DNA from: an uncultured Ruficoccus sp.
Lineage (GTDB): Bacteria; Verrucomicrobiota; Verrucomicrobiia; Opitutales; Cerasicoccaceae
Direction of reading: 5' to 3'
Assembly: GCA_965140785.1 (NCBI GenBank)
Contig: OZ223475.1
Coordinates: 224,001-288,000 of the forward strand
Length of the DNA: 64,000 nt
The translations under genes were made by a program, and so were the position numbers. Below, in pieces: positions 59,925 to 64,000 of the stretch; position 1 is the stretch's first letter; each line of letters begins with the position of its first letter. The notes below the pieces were generated by a model. It did not search any database. It was not told where the DNA came from and saw nothing but the letters and a program-made list of their open reading frames with translations.

Positions 59925-61373
59925 ATGGACAGACCTCATATTATATTAATCAATGTCGATCAATGGCGTGGCGACTGCCTGGGGATCGATGGCCATCCGA
60001 CGGTCGGCACCCCTTATCTTGATCAGCTGGCACAGGGTGGGGCTCGGTTCAGCCGGGCGTACTCCGCGACTCCGAGCTGCATCCCGGCCCGGGCGGCATT
60101 GCATACCGGTTTGACGGCACGTTCGCACGGTCGGGTCGGCTACAAGGACGGTGTAGCCTGGAACTATCCGGTGACGATGGCGGGCGAATTCAGCCGTCAT
60201 GGCTATCAGACCCAGGCCGTCGGCAAGATGCACGCCTACCCGGAACGGGAGCGGCTCGGCTTCGACCATGTTGAGCTGCACGATGGGTATATGCATTTCG
60301 GCAGAAATCGGGAACGGCCATTGGAATTCGTGGACGACTACCTGCCCTGGCTCCGTGAGCGCTTTGGCGCGGACGCCGACTATTTCGAACACGGACTGAA
60401 CTGCAACTCGCTGGTCGTGCGACCCTGGGACAAGCCGGAGCACCTCCATCCGACGAATTGGGTCGTTACCCGGTCGATCGATTTCCTGCGCCGGCGGGAC
60501 CCGCGCAAGCCGTTCTTTTTGTTTATGTCTTTTCATCGGCCGCATCCACCGCTCGATCCGCCTGCCTGGGCCTATGAACAATTTTTGGATGTGGAGATGC
60601 CCGATCCTCCGTTGGGTGATTGGGTCGACCTCTTTAAGGGGCTTGAGGAGCCTTACCGGGCCGATCGCTATGTGGGTATGCTCAAGCCTGACGCGCTACG
60701 CCGGGCGCGTGCTGGCTACTATGGTCACTTGCTTCACATCGACCATCAAATCAACCGCTTTCTGGAATCACTTCAGGAGTTTAATTTGCATCAGGACTGT
60801 TACATCTGTTTTGTTTCCGATCACGGCGAAATGCTGGGCGACCATCATCTGTACCGCAAATTTCTCCCCTATGAAGGCTCGGCGCGCGTTCCCCTGCTTC
60901 TGAAAGGGCCTCGCGGCTGCGGCATTCGGAGTGGTTCTCAGCATGAGGCGCCTGTTGAAATGCGTGATGTGATGCCGACTCTGCTCTCCTGTGCGGGGCT
61001 ACCTGTCCCCGATTCCATCGAGGGGCGCAGTTTCCTTCCCTTGGCCAGGGGAGAGGATGTGGACTGGCGTGCTTATCTTCACGGAGAGCATATCAGTCAC
61101 GGGGATTCCTCCACGCAGTGGCTCACCGACGGACATGAAAAGTATATATGGTTCAGTCAATGGGATCGCGAACAACTCTTTAATCTGGATGACGACCCGC
61201 AGGAGCTTCGGGATCTCAGCCATGAGCGTCCGGATCGGGTGGCGCATTGGCGTCAATGCCTCATCGCCGAGCTGCGAAATCGAGAAGAGGGATTTGTGGA
61301 AGGTGAAAAGCTTGTCGCAGGTCGGCCTCAGCATGCTTGCCTGTCCCATATTTTGCCGCCTGCTACCTCATGA
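59925..61373 (+). CDS. Formylglycine-dependent (S1) sulfatase, cytoplasmic
   Basis: PHIILINVDQWRGD, CIPARAALHTG (CxPxR), GKMH, SDHGEMLGDH; no signal peptide. Confidence 0.93.
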   Translation: MDRPHIILINVDQWRGDCLGIDGHPTVGTPYLDQLAQGGARFSRAYSATPSCIPARAALHTGLTARSHGRVGYKDGVAWNYPVTMAGEFSRHGYQTQAVGKMHAYPERERLGFDHVELHDGYMHFGRNRERPLEFVDDYLPWLRERFGADADYFEHGLNCNSLVVRPWDKPEHLHPTNWVVTRSIDFLRRRDPRKPFFLFMSFHRPHPPLDPPAWAYEQFLDVEMPDPPLGDWVDLFKGLEEPYRADRYVGMLKPDALRRARAGYYGHLLHIDHQINRFLESLQEFNLHQDCYICFVSDHGEMLGDHHLYRKFLPYEGSARVPLLLKGPRGCGIRSGSQHEAPVEMRDVMPTLLSCAGLPVPDSIEGRSFLPLARGEDVDWRAYLHGEHISHGDSSTQWLTDGHEKYIWFSQWDREQLFNLDDDPQELRDLSHERPDRVAHWRQCLIAELRNREEGFVEGEKLVAGRPQHACLSHILPPATS

Positions 61374-61587
61374 ACCCCATGACCGGCCTTTGAGGTAAGT
61401 CTCGATCAGCACATCTCCCAAGCCGTTTGCCATCGAGCAGGACGGCTGTGTGGTCGGAGTACTCATGCCGTACGAGGTCGGTTGCGATCGGTGCCCCTTG
61501 GCTGTCAGTTTCTGGTAAATCGTCGCCTCCATGTGCCGGTTCCTTTCAACTCAGTGATCGCAATAGATGCGCCCCGTGCCCGCAGGC

Positions 61588-62223
61588 TCAAGTGGTGCCA
61601 ACGAGTTCACGGGCTATGTCAACGGCGGCTGCGGCATCGCGGGCGTAGCCGTCGGCACCGATCTCACGGGCGAAGGCTTCGGTGATCGGAGCGCCGCCCA
61701 CGATGATGCAAGTGTCGGCCAGACCGGATTCTCGGATTTGCCGTACGGCCTCCTTCATGCTGGCCATGGTGGTGGTCAGCAGGGACGACAGGCCGATCAA
61801 CTGAGCGTCGTTGACTCGCGCCGCCTCGACGAACTGCTCGGGCGACACGTTGGTTCCCAAGTCGATAACTTTGAAATTCGCGCCCTTCCACATCATGGTT
61901 ACGAGGTTTTTGCCGATGTCGTGGAGGTCGCCCTCGACGGTGCCAATGACGGCGGTGAACTGTTGCTTGATCCCGGCTGCGGCCAGGTGCGGCTCCAGTA
62001 ACTCCATGCTTTTTTTCATGGCGCGGGCGGAGACCAGGACCTCCGGCACGAAGATCTCGTCGGCTTTGAAGCGGCGGCCCACATCGTCCATCCCCTCCAT
62101 GAGCGCGCTGAGGACCGTTTCGGGCGGGTCACCCGCGTCAATGCAGGTCTGGGTGGCGGCCATCGCCTCCTTACCCCTGCCGGTTTTAATCGCTTCGGTG
62201 ATTGTGCTGAGTGTTTCGTTCAT
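61588..62223 (-). CDS. Stand-alone corrinoid (B12-binding) protein, MtaC/MttC-like
   Basis: Cap domain IFVPEVLVSARAM; GTVEGDLHDIGKNLV (DxHxxG); GLSSLLTTT; IVGGAP; GADGY. Confidence 0.93.
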   Translation of the reverse strand: MNETLSTITEAIKTGRGKEAMAATQTCIDAGDPPETVLSALMEGMDDVGRRFKADEIFVPEVLVSARAMKKSMELLEPHLAAAGIKQQFTAVIGTVEGDLHDIGKNLVTMMWKGANFKVIDLGTNVSPEQFVEAARVNDAQLIGLSSLLTTTMASMKEAVRQIRESGLADTCIIVGGAPITEAFAREIGADGYARDAAAAVDIARELVGTT

Positions 62224-62259
62224 CAGTTTTTCAAGGCTGTGTGTTGGGGGTGAGCAGGT

Positions 62260-63426
62260 TCAGTCCAGGCCCGCCCAGATTTTGCGGGCACATTCGATAT
62301 AAAAGACGTAATTGCTGAGGGGAACGTCCGGTGGCACGCGATGATCACAGAAGGGAATGTAGCCGCCCTCTTCGACCAGCGGGGCCAGACGGCGGACCTC
62401 TGCCTCAATGGCGGCGGGGGAGCTGGCCAGAATGCGTTTATTAAAACCGCCCATCATTCGCAGGTCCTTGCCCCAGCGGCGGCGTAGCGCGACCGGGTCC
62501 TGCTGCCAAGTACCGACTTCGAGGGGAAACATGATGTTGACCCCGGCCTCCAGCCACAGCGGGATGAGGTCGTCGATTTTACCGTCGGAGTCAACCCAGG
62601 CGAACTCGGTCCCGTGCCGGTGAGCGACCGCCATAATCCGCTTGTAGAAGGGGATGAGGTAGCGCTTGAAATGCTCGGGGGAGAGCAGGGGGCCGGCGTT
62701 GTAGCACATGTCTTCCCAGAACGCGATGGCCTCGAACTGGAGGCCGTCCGCGTAGGCTTTTTCCAGGCTGGCGCAGCTACAGTCGGCAAGCCTTTCGATG
62801 ATTTCCTCAAATAGCACCGGATCGTCGTAGACGAGGTAGGAAACCTCCTCGACGCCCATCCAGTCACGCACCTTGCCATAGCTGGAGCCGCCGGGGGCGG
62901 ACAGGACGGTGCTGCGCTCCGGTGCGGTCCAGCGCGGCAGATTGGCCGTGTACTCGGGGGGGAAGCGGTTGGGGGTGTCCGGGTCCAGACGCCACCGGAA
63001 ATGCTCCTCCCAGGAAGCCCGGTCCACCAGCGTGTGGTTCAGGTACATGGGGATCGATCCCATGGTTTTCTGCCGCAAGAGCTGCACACCATCCCTGTTT
63101 TGGCACACCTCGGTATCGCCGCGATCCTCCAGTACTTTTTCTTCAAAGGCGGGGCACAGGCCGACTTCGAAGTTCGCTCCCTCCCGCTCATCCATGCCGA
63201 AGAAGCGCGTGAAATCCTGGTGCCACTCGCCCGTTGAGGTGACCTGCCATCCTTCGCTTTTCCACTTGTCGAAGGTCTCGATCCACAGACCGAAATCCCA
63301 CAGAGGCATCCGGTCCCGGCTTTCATAGCGCATCGTGGCCAGAAAGCGCTCGCGGTCCCGCATCGTGCCGGGAGCTTTGGTATAGGGGGCGATCTGATCA
63401 GGGGCAAAAACAGCATTCGTTTCCAT
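62260..63426 (-). CDS. Uroporphyrinogen decarboxylase/MtaA-like TIM-barrel protein
   Basis: RERFLATM, WEDMCYNAGPLLSPEHF, VDSDG, GGYIPFCDHRVPPDVP. Confidence 0.85.
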   Translation of the reverse strand: METNAVFAPDQIAPYTKAPGTMRDRERFLATMRYESRDRMPLWDFGLWIETFDKWKSEGWQVTSTGEWHQDFTRFFGMDEREGANFEVGLCPAFEEKVLEDRGDTEVCQNRDGVQLLRQKTMGSIPMYLNHTLVDRASWEEHFRWRLDPDTPNRFPPEYTANLPRWTAPERSTVLSAPGGSSYGKVRDWMGVEEVSYLVYDDPVLFEEIIERLADCSCASLEKAYADGLQFEAIAFWEDMCYNAGPLLSPEHFKRYLIPFYKRIMAVAHRHGTEFAWVDSDGKIDDLIPLWLEAGVNIMFPLEVGTWQQDPVALRRRWGKDLRMMGGFNKRILASSPAAIEAEVRRLAPLVEEGGYIPFCDHRVPPDVPLSNYVFYIECARKIWAGLD

Positions 63427-63555
63427 GCCTCTATCCTACCATAAGCAGCGTCGATAAAGGGATAGAACCGCCGGCTAAAAAACTGGATTATCCTGCTAGG
63501 CTGTTTTTGATAGTAGAACCAGTGCTCAGCCTTTTTGCCGCTAGGGATGTCTGCT

Positions 63556-64000
63556 TCAGGTGCGTTCGGATCGGGGGGCGTGTCCGAAAACCTTTTTGTA
63601 GCGCCGGGAAAAATAAAAGGCATCCACGAAGCCCACCTCCTCCGCGATCTGGTTGACGGGCAGCCTCGTTTGCTGGAGGAGCCGTCGGGCATCATCCAGC
63701 TTTAGTGTTTCGGCAAACCATCCCGGGCTGACACCCAGCTCATCTGTAAACAGATGAGACAAGCGTGAAGGAGAGAGTCCGCAGCGATAGGCCAGATCTG
63801 GGAGCGAAAAGGGCTCGCTGGTATGAGTGGCAAGATAGTGCATGGCCTTTCGGACGCGTCCATCCACCTGCGCCCCCGGGTCTCCGGACGCCAGGGCATA
63901 CCCCCGGATCAGGACTTCCTCCAGGGCATTCATGGCGAGGTCGTCTTTACTGGGGCCACCCAACCGGAAGGAGACCAGCATGCGCTCAAGCGCCTCCCAT
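63556..64000 (-). CDS. AraC family transcriptional regulator, 5'-partial
   Basis: LSPSRLSHLF; IAEEVGFVDAFYFSRRYKKVFG; frame open to the window edge. Confidence 0.9.
   Translation of the reverse strand, partial: WEALERMLVSFRLGGPSKDDLAMNALEEVLIRGYALASGDPGAQVDGRVRKAMHYLATHTSEPFSLPDLAYRCGLSPSRLSHLFTDELGVSPGWFAETLKLDDARRLLQQTRLPVNQIAEEVGFVDAFYFSRRYKKVFGHAPRSERT

Noticed and set aside
62260..63426. Naming this gene hemE
   Set aside because: Lacks the HemE RQAGR motif, and its context is a corrinoid protein rather than heme synthesis
1..64000. CRISPR arrays, tRNA/rRNA, prophage or anti-phage defence genes
   Set aside because: No regularly spaced repeats, RNA-gene signatures or phage/defence motifs were recognised by eye; a covariance-model scan would be needed to exclude small RNAs

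Overview
GC-rich bacterial DNA with the hallmarks of a Verrucomicrobiota (Opitutales-like) glycan forager. The taxon is inferred from four PEP-CTERM-type proteins, prepilin/H-X9-DG proteins and a Verru_Chthon-A/PilX-like giant protein. Most of the window is a mosaic of carbohydrate-utilisation modules. Each combines secreted beta-helix or GH enzymes, a pilin-type protein, a PEP-CTERM protein and Gfo/Idh/MocA oxidoreductases, and three also carry an MFS/SSS transporter and a LacI/AraC regulator. No SusC/SusD pair is present. A LacI regulon (30.7-42.2 kb) with four copies of a GCGTAAAC-N-TTTACGC operator encodes a GH114/PelA-like enzyme and looks dedicated to alpha-1,4-galactosamine polymers. 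An Rrf2-YezD-porin-sbp-cysTWA sulfate-uptake operon (6.2-12.4 kb) and a YD-repeat protein (13.7-17.2 kb) sit between IS remnants. Also seen: a 49-aa minimal pilin missed by the ORF track, a PEP-CTERM motif in the middle of a protein, a 208-bp hairpin-rich MITE-like element, two long genes broken by single-base indels, and a corrinoid protein plus UroD/MtaA-like gene pair. No rRNA, tRNA or CRISPR array was recognised. All calls come from motif reading by eye, without database searches.
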